A DNA stretch of 63,106 bases. Origin: a virus (lineage: Duplodnaviria; Caudoviricetes). The notes below the pieces were generated by a model, which did no database searches, was not told where the DNA came from, and saw only the letters and a list, made by a program, of their open reading frames with translations. Location: IMG/VR virus record IMGVR_UViG_3300024520_000071, positions 1-63,106 of that record; one strand, written 5' to 3'. Of this stretch, positions 1 through 8,055 are shown one piece after another (positions within the stretch are counted from its first letter, which is position 1; the number at the start of each line of letters is the position of its first letter). The position numbers and the translations under genes are program-made.

Positions 1-364
1 TCGGGTACACATCGTCGGGCGTCGGCATGTTCATTGACGCATCAATCGTCCCGTACTGCGACATGACTTGGACTGACGTGGTCCCGTGGTCGTTGACGAT
101 ACTTACCTGCTTTGTCTTGGCCGTGGAGATGATCTGCTTTGCGCTAGCCTTGGACAGCAGGAACGGATCGCAGGGTTGCGGAATCAATTCGTCGTCCTCG
201 CGCGCCGGTTGTTCGGGCAGGTCCATCATCACCAGTATGCAACCATTGCTGGCGACGGTCTTGTCAGGTAGGCACAGGACATTCTGTATTGCGCCACGAG
301 CTTCGGGCCCGGTGAAGTCATGAAGGGCGAGATTTGCCTTGTCGTACTGCATTGGTAGCCTCAA
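1..364 (-). CDS. 5' part of the beta-clamp-like gene (variant allele, runs off window start)
   Basis: Same frame as 62278-63000 within the terminal repeat; no stop introduced. Confidence 0.7.
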   Translation of the reverse strand, partial: MRLPMQYDKANLALHDFTGPEARGAIQNVLCLPDKTVASNGCILVMMDLPEQPAREDDELIPQPCDPFLLSKASAKQIISTAKTKQVSIVNDHGTTSVQVMSQYGTIDASMNMPTPDDVYP

Positions 365-470
365 TGTTGATCGTTGTGGTTGATTAGGTCTGGTCGTCGT
401 CGCGCGGTTCCTCCGGCACCACTAAGAATTGATAGTTGCAGGATGTTCGAGCGCATCGATGGCGCTGGAT
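1..470. repeat. Terminal direct repeat, left copy (imperfect)
   Basis: Colinear, gap-free match to 62637-63106; about 32 mismatches by manual alignment, clustered at 128-147, 236-245 and 281-320. Confidence 0.95.
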
Positions 471-572
471 GATGTCGTCCTCGTCACAATGCAAAGGATC
501 GCGAGTCCGTGTCCCGCACTTGGGGCAGGTCGTCGGGTCGTCCGTCATGTAGTAGCGGTCGAGCTCCGGCAT
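384..572 (-). CDS. Small zinc-ribbon protein
   Basis: CPKC...CARTSC; start abuts upstream stop. Confidence 0.7.
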   Translation of the reverse strand: MPELDRYYMTDDPTTCPKCGTRTRDPLHCDEDDIIQRHRCARTSCNYQFLVVPEEPRDDDQT

Positions 573-916
573 TAGATCACCGCCTTCCAGCCTTCGATGA
601 TTTCGTGGCAGTTGTGGTCGTTCGCGCACATGATCGATTCGAGCTCGTTGTCCGCTTCCTCGGATGATACGATTGCCATCCGGTATCGCTTCGATTCGTC
701 GTCATTGTCGACAACCATGATCGCCTCGTGGTGGTCATAGTCGCCGCCAACCTGATTGTCATCACGCGCCGTGATCTTCAATGTCAGGTTGTCGAGGTCG
801 ACGGTTCTGGTCGCTTGGAGCCGTTCGCCGCAGGGTGTCAGCTTGCCGTTGTCGCCATAGACCATGACAGGACAGGCCGGCAGCAATTTGGGTTCGGTTT
901 CGGGTTTCAGGTTCAT
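572..916 (-). CDS. Hypothetical phage protein
   Basis: ORF with GGAG RBS, tightly packed. Confidence 0.65.
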   Translation of the reverse strand: MNLKPETEPKLLPACPVMVYGDNGKLTPCGERLQATRTVDLDNLTLKITARDDNQVGGDYDHHEAIMVVDNDDESKRYRMAIVSSEEADNELESIMCANDHNCHEIIEGWKAVI

Positions 917-939
917 TGGGTCTCCGTCGGGTTGGGGGT

Positions 940-1152
940 TTACATCAATGCTTCGCGTAGACAATCGACGCATGTTTCCTCGTCGATGTTCGTGCCGCCA
1001 CAATCCATGCAGCGGACTGGTTCCGTTGGTTCGGGTTCCACGTCCGGGTCCGGGAGCCATACCCCGTCCCAGGCCATCGCCCGTCCCCTGATGATCGCTT
1101 TGTGCTTAACCATTGCTTTGCTCCTTGGGTTTGCATTATAAATCTCCTTCAT
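940..1152 (-). CDS. Small CxxC protein
   Basis: CMDC...CVDC; GAGG RBS. Confidence 0.65.
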   Translation of the reverse strand: MKEIYNANPRSKAMVKHKAIIRGRAMAWDGVWLPDPDVEPEPTEPVRCMDCGGTNIDEETCVDCLREALM

Positions 1153-1166
1153 TTTCGTTCCTCTGG

Positions 1167-2045
1167 TTAGGTGTTCTTGTCTACTATCGCTTCGGCCTTC
1201 TTCCATCGGCTACCATGGGCAGGAAAGCCAATCACATAATCACGGTCACGGATCGCGCATAGACCACAGGTGGCGCATGTCGTTTTGTCGTCGTTGTAGG
1301 CAGGGCAACGCACCACACGAGCACCGCCCGCCGTCATCGTCACCTTGGGTGCCGCTTTCTTGAGCATCGTCACCACAGGTGCCTTAATGCCGGTCGCTAA
1401 TATCCGGTCTACGTCCTTTGGGCCATTGGCCGATACGTTGACAGCAAAGCCGCCAGCATTAGCCGCCTCGATGTGCCGCCGGTTCGCCGCCGTCAATGGC
1501 TTGTGAGTGTACGCGAAGCCTCGCCGCCCGTGTTGCGCCGCGGTGATTGCGGCCAGCGCCTTGGGATTGATGCGCTTGTCGATGCCGGGCAAGTCGCCAG
1601 CCTGACCATGGCGCCACAGCTGAAACCGCGGGAGCCCTTGCAAAGCCTCGCAGAATTCCGCCAGTGTCAGACCTTTGCCACCGGTCACGTTGCGCCAGTG
1701 AATCATTAAGGGTCCAGCCTCAGCATAACATCCGTTTCCCATCAACGGACACGACGTCGGGCACGTCTGCGCGCCCACAGTGCCATAGGGTATGAAGCCC
1801 ACCTTTTGATTTGGCGTATCCGCTTTCAGGATCCTCGGTACTCGCAGCGTGTAGCGCGTGCCGTCGTCTTTCGGCAGGTCCAGCAGCTTGGGTCTGTTCG
1901 TGCCGCTGCCGCCCGCCTGGGCGATTATCTGTTCGTGCAGGAGCTCAGACATCACGGCCAGTATCGCCGGATCATGCACGAGCCGCGGTGCCTCGGTTGT
2001 TAAGACCTTGGCCAGCGCGCGTCGGTAGTCGCCTTGCGTCATCAC
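1167..2045 (-). CDS. Cysteine-rich phage protein, DUF7227/Gp88-like (possible Fe-S protein)
   Basis: TCPTSCPL..GCYA, RHGQAGD, YTHK, NVSAN, CPA..TCATCGLC..IGFPAHG motifs. Confidence 0.65.
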   Translation of the reverse strand: MMTQGDYRRALAKVLTTEAPRLVHDPAILAVMSELLHEQIIAQAGGSGTNRPKLLDLPKDDGTRYTLRVPRILKADTPNQKVGFIPYGTVGAQTCPTSCPLMGNGCYAEAGPLMIHWRNVTGGKGLTLAEFCEALQGLPRFQLWRHGQAGDLPGIDKRINPKALAAITAAQHGRRGFAYTHKPLTAANRRHIEAANAGGFAVNVSANGPKDVDRILATGIKAPVVTMLKKAAPKVTMTAGGARVVRCPAYNDDKTTCATCGLCAIRDRDYVIGFPAHGSRWKKAEAIVDKNT

Positions 2046-2236
2046 GACTGCCTCTTGATAGTAATCTTGCGATTAGAAAACCACTCCGGAACATCAACCT
2101 TCGAATCAGGATGCGGATTAGATGCGTCTTGGTCTCGTATGTGTGCAATCCCTCCGGATACCTGCAATAGCTTGTAGGTATAGGTGCCCGTGTTGCGATG
2201 GGTGCTTTCGAATATGGTGCCGCATTTCATGTCCAC
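2042..2236 (-). CDS. Hypothetical protein
   Basis: ORF with ATGA overlap. Confidence 0.55.
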   Translation of the reverse strand: MDMKCGTIFESTHRNTGTYTYKLLQVSGGIAHIRDQDASNPHPDSKVDVPEWFSNRKITIKRQS

Positions 2237-2400
2237 AGCTGCCGCCTCTGTTGCTGGTAGAATTGGTTCTGATCGATTCGCGGCGTACGGAAGATCACAG
2301 GACCATCCGTATCAGCCGGAACTATGCAATCGGCGTACTCGTCCGCCTCTGGTGTCGCCATGGCCGAATAGGCCAGCAGGATTAGTAGCGCGCGCATCAT
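2227..2400 (-). CDS. Small exported protein
   Basis: N-terminus MMRALLILLAYSAMA resembles a signal peptide. Confidence 0.5.
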   Translation of the reverse strand: MMRALLILLAYSAMATPEADEYADCIVPADTDGPVIFRTPRIDQNQFYQQQRRQLWT

Positions 2401-2618
2401 GTCGTGGCCTTGGGTTCGATGTTCCAGCATTCGTTGAGATGTGACGAAGCAGTCATGTTCGGGGTTTTCCGGATCCAGATATCAGGAGCCGGTTTCATGT
2501 GGCCGCGCGTACATGTGCCGCGCCCGATGAAGCTCTTGTTTCTATGCCCCTCGTGGCCGCGCCAGAATCGACACGATACGCAACATCCTTCTTGTTCTCC
2601 TGCTTCCTCGTAGGTCAT
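2397..2618 (-). CDS. Small Cys-rich protein
   Basis: CCVSCRFW..GTC; ATGA overlaps. Confidence 0.55.
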   Translation of the reverse strand: MTYEEAGEQEGCCVSCRFWRGHEGHRNKSFIGRGTCTRGHMKPAPDIWIRKTPNMTASSHLNECWNIEPKATT

Positions 2619-2857
2619 GTGCAACACCCGCAGCATGGCGCATCAATGCAGCGCCCGTTCTTGTTTTGGATGACAGTTTCGCCGCTGTCAGGGAAGTAAT
2701 AGCTGACCACGGCCGGAGCTCCTGAGTCAGAGCAGGCCGGATGTCTCACTATCCATTGCCCGCCTTCTTTCGTCAGGTAGCCGCCGTTAGCCGGAACCAT
2801 CCGCCCGCATGTATGGCACTTCGCGCGGTATGTGTTTACTCGCTGTTGTTCCTTCAT
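2615..2857 (-). CDS. Cys-rich phage protein
   Basis: CHTC..HPAC and C-terminal GRCIDAPCCGCC, a recurrent phage motif. Confidence 0.7.
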   Translation of the reverse strand: MKEQQRVNTYRAKCHTCGRMVPANGGYLTKEGGQWIVRHPACSDSGAPAVVSYYFPDSGETVIQNKNGRCIDAPCCGCCT

Positions 2858-3240
2858 TTCTTGCCCCTCTTCTTTTCGTAGAGCCAGCCCAGACGGAAGG
2901 TATAGGAGCCCGCATCAGTGATCAGGGAGCCGCACTCGTTTACTTCTGCGAGCGCGTCACCAACGACCAGATAGCAGATGATTTCGTGCCGCTTCACTAT
3001 CCGGCCTTCGGTCTTGTTGAGGTCGCGCCAGACATCTTCTATGTCAACGCCGCGCGCCCAGCTGCCGCCAGTCATGCCGATGATGCAACGCTTGGACGTG
3101 TCCAGTATCGCGGTAGGTCGCGACAGGGCATCGACGACGGCTTTGGCCAGTGCTGCCGTTTCGTATGGCAACAATGGATTACTCATGGGTACGGCCGATA
3201 GCGCCGCTTGGATCTGTTCGATTCGTTCTTGCTCTTTCAT
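2854..3240 (-). CDS. Hypothetical protein
   Basis: ATGA overlaps at both ends. Confidence 0.6.
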   Translation of the reverse strand: MKEQERIEQIQAALSAVPMSNPLLPYETAALAKAVVDALSRPTAILDTSKRCIIGMTGGSWARGVDIEDVWRDLNKTEGRIVKRHEIICYLVVGDALAEVNECGSLITDAGSYTFRLGWLYEKKRGKK

Positions 3241-3470
3241 GATCTGAATACTCCGTCGCGTTCCATGATCAGGTTGACAGTTTCCCAGCAGAAATCCGCG
3301 CCCGTATTGGACTTGCAATGTGGGCAGGGGTCGACCGCCCGAATAGCGGCAAATGGTTCATACTCGACCGTGGCGACAACAGCCGCCCGCCCGTTAAGAA
3401 CGCAGGCCGCGCCGCGCCACTTGGCACACAGCGTCCGTTTCTCTTTCTCCGTCGATGCTGGTAGGCTCAT
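3237..3470 (-). CDS. Hypothetical CxxC protein
   Basis: ATGA overlaps; CPHC. Confidence 0.6.
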   Translation of the reverse strand: MSLPASTEKEKRTLCAKWRGAACVLNGRAAVVATVEYEPFAAIRAVDPCPHCKSNTGADFCWETVNLIMERDGVFRS

Positions 3471-3667
3471 GGTCTCACCTCGTTTGTGATGTGTTGCGCA
3501 CCATGGCGCAGCGCCAACGCCAAAAGCAGCGTGAGCGGTAGGTTGGTTTGGGTTCGGAGCTCGGTCAACTGGTCGAGGGTCGCATCGTCGACGCGCGCCA
3601 ACATCCAGCCTTGGCCCTTGCGGCGATCAATGGCGGGGAGATCCCGCTTGCCGTTGGTCAGGTCCAT
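3467..3667 (-). CDS. Putative ribbon-helix-helix DNA-binding protein
   Basis: WMLARVDDATLDQLTELRTQTNLPLTLLLALAL fits a beta-helix-helix pattern. Confidence 0.45.
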   Translation of the reverse strand: MDLTNGKRDLPAIDRRKGQGWMLARVDDATLDQLTELRTQTNLPLTLLLALALRHGAQHITNEVRP

Positions 3668-4086
3668 AATGCACCGCCGCACAGGTCGCAGTATGTTCCG
3701 TCGCATTGCGTGTATTGGCAAACGCCGCATTGCAGCGTCGGCCACTTGCTACGGTCGCTGCCGCGGAGCATCGTCAACGTGGTATCGGACGGTGTCCCGT
3801 CGTCGTTGGTCAATGGTCCGCAGCTTTCCGTCTTGAGTTCGGGCTCAGGTTCCAGATCGTCGAAGCGAACGATCGCCAGCGCCAGCCAGCCGCGCACATC
3901 AGCAATCGTCTTGAGTTCGGGCTCAGGTTCCAGCGCCAGCCAGCCGCGGACGTCTTTGATGTTCAGGTCTCGTTCGCTGCCGTCGTCCGCATAGACGTTG
4001 TCGTTGTCGCTGTCCCGCTCGCATTGGCATAGCGCAATGTCAAGCAGGTCCACCAGTTCGGAGCGCGTCAGTCGTTTGGTGCTCAT
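3658..4086 (-). CDS. Hypothetical protein with internal repeats and C-terminal zinc finger
   Basis: DVRGWLAL x2, LEPEPELKT x2; CGVC..CDLC. Confidence 0.65.
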   Translation of the reverse strand: MSTKRLTRSELVDLLDIALCQCERDSDNDNVYADDGSERDLNIKDVRGWLALEPEPELKTIADVRGWLALAIVRFDDLEPEPELKTESCGPLTNDDGTPSDTTLTMLRGSDRSKWPTLQCGVCQYTQCDGTYCDLCGGALWT

Positions 4087-4331
4087 GATGCCACCGCCGC
4101 GCCGCTGTCGTCGTACGTGTAGTCGAGCTCGTATGCCAGCCCAGACTCCCCGTCGACGTCGTTACTCCACTCCCAATCAGGACCGTCTACAACTTCCCAG
4201 CTCCCCCCGAGGGGCAAGCCCCCCCGAAAGGTATTGAGATCCTGCAACTCGCAGAAGTCCAGACTATCAGTATCCGCCGTCAACGCTTCCAGCATGCCAG
4301 CCGGTATCACATAGGTCTCAGTCGCTTTCAT
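4083..4331 (-). CDS. Acidic hypothetical protein
   Basis: ATGA overlaps; strongly acidic. Confidence 0.6.
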   Translation of the reverse strand: MKATETYVIPAGMLEALTADTDSLDFCELQDLNTFRGGLPLGGSWEVVDGPDWEWSNDVDGESGLAYELDYTYDDSGAAVAS

Positions 4332-4954
4332 AGTCCAAGCCCCCCGTTACAGTCTGGGCAGCGGCCGCTTTTATGGCCTTCCCAGTCCGATTCTGCCGGA
4401 TACCACCGTTTAGCGCAAACCGTACAAACTACGCCAGTGAAGACACCATCATCAACGCCAGTAGGATTAACCGCGGCGTTGAGCTCGTCTATAGCTGCGT
4501 CGGTCGGATGCACCGCGGCCTCTTCCCATTGCGATGGATCATCAACGCCAGTAGGCGCCGTCGCGATAGGGTCGTCGAGCTCGTACGGTTCTTCGCCTCG
4601 CAGCGCCCGCAACTTAGCCAGCGCCGCAGTAGCAGAAGCCCGTAAGTCAGCAGCAACCGCCGCTTGCTTGTCGTAGCTGTCAGCCGGTCGACCAGTGCAG
4701 TACTCGCACCTGTTACGGTGCGGCAGACGCAGGTTGTAAGCCTCGCCACAGGTGCAGCCGCTATCACCCTCGTCGTCGTCGCCAACAATCTCCCAAGCCC
4801 CGCAGGTGTTGCCGTTGATGTCGCGCAGCTTGCCAGCTGTCTCGTCAAACGATTGCAAGTCACCCGCTAAACCTTGCAGGATCCCCGACAGTTCCCAGCT
4901 GCAATCCTCGCAGAAAGCCGCGCCGTTAGTCTCAATTCGTAGGCGAAAATGCAT
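4328..4954 (-). CDS. Modular hypothetical protein with zinc fingers
   Basis: N-terminal F.L.I.T..AAF..E..IL..G.LRD.NGN..G.W phage motif; PTGVDD x2; CxxC pairs. Confidence 0.7.
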   Translation of the reverse strand: MHFRLRIETNGAAFCEDCSWELSGILQGLAGDLQSFDETAGKLRDINGNTCGAWEIVGDDDEGDSGCTCGEAYNLRLPHRNRCEYCTGRPADSYDKQAAVAADLRASATAALAKLRALRGEEPYELDDPIATAPTGVDDPSQWEEAAVHPTDAAIDELNAAVNPTGVDDGVFTGVVCTVCAKRWYPAESDWEGHKSGRCPDCNGGLGL

Positions 4955-4955
4955 A

Positions 4956-5327
4956 TCAGCACCCCGCCCGTCGTTCTGCTTCTTCCATCGCAATGAACGA
5001 CTCCAACGCTTCCAGATGTTCAGCCATCGCGCGTTGGCCATCGACCGTGACAGGATCAAGAACCTTGCCGGATCCAGTGCAGGTATGGCACCGCAGATCG
5101 TAGACGCCGCCGTGATACTCGCGCTCAAAATCAGGGTCAGCGGCGAAATCAGCATCGCTTATACCCATGTCATCAATGGCAGGGTTGACGTAGCTGCCGT
5201 CACCGTCGCAGGTAGGACAGATAGCCCACGTCGCAGCGTACTGTTCTTCCGGTGCATCATCAAACCAGAGCACCTTTGACCGGACATCAAATGATATCCC
5301 CGTTCTTACCATGTATCGCTTATCCAT
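4956..5327 (-). CDS. DnaJ-type CxxCxGxG zinc-finger phage protein
   Basis: CPTCDGDG and CHTCTGSG motifs; GAGG RBS. Confidence 0.75.
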   Translation of the reverse strand: MDKRYMVRTGISFDVRSKVLWFDDAPEEQYAATWAICPTCDGDGSYVNPAIDDMGISDADFAADPDFEREYHGGVYDLRCHTCTGSGKVLDPVTVDGQRAMAEHLEALESFIAMEEAERRAGC

Positions 5328-5399
5328 GAGGTAGCCTCTTATGGGTTTGCGAGTTGTCCAGCGGCGAAATACCGCCAAACGCCGACTCTCGGCACTGTA

Positions 5400-5428
5400 C
5401 TTATACCGTATCGCCGCCATACTTGCAA
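5400..5428 (-). promoter_or_regulatory. Sigma70-like promoter heading the long leftward early block
   Basis: Minus strand TTGCAA-N17-TATAAG upstream of the first gene of the block. Confidence 0.6.
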
Positions 5429-5732
5429 GGCGCAGAAAGAGCAAAGTTCACGCGCGGTTGCCGTGGCGTAAGTATCTTAGAATACACGATGTTATACTTG
5501 AAGTAGAAACAACAAAACGATCAGTAGTGGCGGGAGATCCTTTCCCTTGCAGCGTGGCAAAGACTGTTAAGTATACGCAAATCTGGCCGAAATTGCAAGT
5601 CGTGATGACGTGACGTGGAGTCGATAGGTCGGGCGAAGCCCAACACCAGCGCCGCCAACATCGCCCCGTTCCCTATCTCAGCACTACGCCAAATTAGCTG
5701 AGTAGCGGCAATCGTAAACGCTGCAATCGTAC

Positions 5733-5858
5733 AGGCTGTTGCTGCTGCTCACACTGGCCATGGGCATCATAGCCGCTGTTGTTGCTGCGTTGCTGGCTGC
5801 TGCTGTTCATGCGTTGCTGGCTGCTGCTGTTGTTGGTCATTGCTGCTGCTGCTGCTGA
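5733..5858. repeat. (GCT/GTT)n low-complexity tract with a 22-bp direct repeat
   Basis: tgcgttgctggctgctgctgtt at 5786-5807 and 5810-5831, within the largest non-coding region. Confidence 0.8.
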
Positions 5859-6087
5859 TCAGTGGCGCACTGGGTCTATACCTTCGCAGAGCCCCAGATC
5901 ACAGGAAGATTCGAGAGTACCTAACACTTACTAGCTCGTATACATATGACCTGGAAGGCGTCCCCCCCCACCCCCCTAATTGAGGATGGTCCCATATCTT
6001 CGGAAATCTATACCTACCCAGCCACACAAACTCCCCCAAAAATTACCACTTCTGGAACCGGGGCCCCTTTAAAAAATTACAATATTT

Positions 6088-6348
6088 TCAATCCTGGCGG
6101 CGTATCGGGGTTTGTTCCCACTGGAAGTCAGCGTCGTGGAGTGTGTAGTCTTCGAGTATGATTGCGTCTTCGATTCTGGTCTTTATCTCTTTCACTGCTT
6201 CTGCCGGCAGTACGGCAAAATCGGCTCGGCACCTCCATTCTTTCCTGGCGCCGTCGCAGTAGACGATTCCGGAGTGGGAGAACCGTGCGAATTCGTGGAT
6301 CTCGAGTTCGGTGCATTGGTATGTGAGGATTTTGATCAGCTTTGTCAT
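6088..6348 (-). CDS. Hypothetical protein
   Basis: Last ORF of the 13.7->6.1 kb leftward block. Confidence 0.6.
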   Translation of the reverse strand: MTKLIKILTYQCTELEIHEFARFSHSGIVYCDGARKEWRCRADFAVLPAEAVKEIKTRIEDAIILEDYTLHDADFQWEQTPIRRQD

Positions 6349-6539
6349 GGCTCTGTGGTTTCCAGGTTCTCGAGCATGCGGTCTCTGGCTTCGCAGTATG
6401 ATGCTGCGATCGAGTCTGTCTCTTCGATGAAGAAATCGCACATATCGTCATCTGGCGGTCTGTGTCCTTGTGCGATTCGATCGTGGAACATGCGGATGAA
6501 GCTGGCGATTGCTGCTGTTTCGTGTCTTGAGATGTTCAT
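6345..6539 (-). CDS. Hypothetical protein
   Basis: GGAG RBS; ATGA overlaps. Confidence 0.6.
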   Translation of the reverse strand: MNISRHETAAIASFIRMFHDRIAQGHRPPDDDMCDFFIEETDSIAASYCEARDRMLENLETTEP

Positions 6540-6649
6540 GGTTTCTCCCTGTATTTCTGTATGATTGCTTGTGCGGCGGCTATCGCAAGCAACAGCCATA
6601 TCCACGGTGGTACAAGCATCATGAAGATAAAGTTGATGTCATCCCTCAC
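6536..6649 (-). CDS. Small membrane peptide (37 aa)
   Basis: GTG start after AGGAGG; hydrophobic stretch MLVPPWIWLLLAIAAAQAII; overlaps both neighbours by 4 nt. Confidence 0.5.
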   Translation of the reverse strand: MRDDINFIFMMLVPPWIWLLLAIAAAQAIIQKYREKP

Positions 6650-7035
6650 GATTCCTCCTGGTTGTTGGTGCCCGGGGCAGGATTCGAACCTGCAACCATC
6701 GGGCAACGGTTTGCGGCCGTTTCCCTCCCGTCGAGGGTTGCCCGGGCTTCTTTGGCGAGTTTGGCTGCTTCGGTCTCAATTTCATCGAGGATCACGGTAT
6801 CGATCATCTTGCACACCTCAAGTTCGTTCCGGAGCTTGACGAGTGGGTCGACCTCACTGTTGAACTGCTCCCAGGACCGGTTGATCAATAGGGGGACATC
6901 CAGGAAGGCACCTCGGATCCCTACCACATTGTCGACTCTCTTCCAGTGCTCTTGCAATCGTTCAGCGATGAATGCGTCGAGTTTTCTGGCGGTTTCCTCT
7001 GCTTCCGGGGGATTCCACTTGTACGTGACTTTCAT
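6646..7035 (-). CDS. Hypothetical protein whose 3' end overlaps a tRNA-like gene
   Basis: ORF MKVTYKWNPP..., ATGA/GTGA overlaps with neighbours. Confidence 0.65.
   Translation of the reverse strand: MKVTYKWNPPEAEETARKLDAFIAERLQEHWKRVDNVVGIRGAFLDVPLLINRSWEQFNSEVDPLVKLRNELEVCKMIDTVILDEIETEAAKLAKEARATLDGRETAANRCPMVAGSNPAPGTNNQEES
6666..6747 (-). tRNA. Atypical tRNA, anticodon GCA, with encoded CCA
   Basis: Acceptor GCCCGGG/CCCGGGC-A-CCA; D stem CCCTC/GAGGG; anticodon stem AACGG/CCGTT with loop CCGCAAA; variable stem GCC/GGT; T arm GCAGG-TTCGAAT-CCTGC. Confidence 0.7.
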
Positions 7036-7340
7036 CCTTCTCCACCGATGTTTATCCGTTTCCAGTGTTCTTCTGGTCCTTCGGGCTGTTTTTCGATCTC
7101 CTGGGGGTCGTATGCTTCGAGGGCGACTCGGTACTTTATGAACCACTGTTCGCGGGAGTGTTCGTACTTGGTAGGGAACCTGGGTAGTGCGGGTCGTCCT
7201 CGCATGGCGATGTATTCCTTTGCGGCTGCGAATGCTACTTTGAGCAGGTGATACTCGCGATCGAGCTCTTCGAAGGCTTGCGGGTTGCAGGCCATCTTGT
7301 CGCACTTCTGGCATTTTTCGATGATCATTGCTTCGTCCAT
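7032..7340 (-). CDS. Hypothetical protein
   Basis: ORF in packed block; CQKC. Confidence 0.6.
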   Translation of the reverse strand: MDEAMIIEKCQKCDKMACNPQAFEELDREYHLLKVAFAAAKEYIAMRGRPALPRFPTKYEHSREQWFIKYRVALEAYDPQEIEKQPEGPEEHWKRINIGGEG

Positions 7341-7540
7341 GGTTGCGTGCCGTCGTTGGGCCAGATTTCCCATTTCAGCCCGCGGCCCCAGTAGAAGCGT
7401 GCGAACGCGATCATCGGGAGCGCTATCTCCATTGGCTGCTGGCTGTTTCCCTCGCGCCTGTGAACTGGGATTGCGAAGGTCATTTCCTGGCCCATCGTCT
7501 TTGGCGGCGGCAGCTGCTTGCGGATATCGTCGTAGGTCAT
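7325..7540 (-). CDS. Hypothetical protein
   Basis: ATGA overlap with upstream gene. Confidence 0.55.
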   Translation of the reverse strand: MTYDDIRKQLPPPKTMGQEMTFAIPVHRREGNSQQPMEIALPMIAFARFYWGRGLKWEIWPNDGTQPWTKQ

Positions 7541-8055
7541 CCTGGAAGATGCTCCGCTGCCGGCCCGGACCACCGGCAGTGGTGCGAGTCTGAGCCGTGG
7601 CAATTAACCATCCGGGCCATACCGCCGCCGCGTTCGGACGTCCCGAACCAATGCGACCCGCATTTTGGGCATGTGAACGAGTAGTCGTCCTCCATTTTCG
7701 TTGGCGACTGATTCTCTTTGAAGGTGAACACGACGTATGGCGGCACCCCACCGAGCAGTTCCATGTTCTCCTTGCTGATCGTGATCGTCAGGGGGCCGGG
7801 CTCTTCTTCTGGCTTCACCTCTTCCAGGGATATCGCCGGCCCTTTCGTCGCCTTGTTGTGCCTCTCCTGGGCTTCCCTGAACTCCGGCCGCTCTGTCTGC
7901 CCGACTGGCCATTCCTTCGCACAGCACATCCTGACGACCTTCGTGAAGGTTTGGACGTCCCGCCAATCGAGGAATTCTTTGTTGGTGTCCTGTATGCTGT
8001 TGAACCACTGTCGGATCCGGTCCCAATCATCCTTGGTTAGCATGATCGTCTCCAT
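7537..8055 (-). CDS. Hypothetical protein with C-terminal zinc ribbon
   Basis: FTCPKCGSHWF..CH..C. Confidence 0.65.
   Translation of the reverse strand: METIMLTKDDWDRIRQWFNSIQDTNKEFLDWRDVQTFTKVVRMCCAKEWPVGQTERPEFREAQERHNKATKGPAISLEEVKPEEEPGPLTITISKENMELLGGVPPYVVFTFKENQSPTKMEDDYSFTCPKCGSHWFGTSERGGGMARMVNCHGSDSHHCRWSGPAAEHLPG

Noticed and set aside
1-470. Diversity-generating retroelement TR/VR pair
   Set aside because: Mismatches are not adenine-specific on either strand, include many synonymous changes, and no reverse transcriptase is encoded
5733-5858. CRISPR array or poly-Gln/Ala gene
   Set aside because: Only two adjacent repeat copies without unique spacers; no convincing ORF
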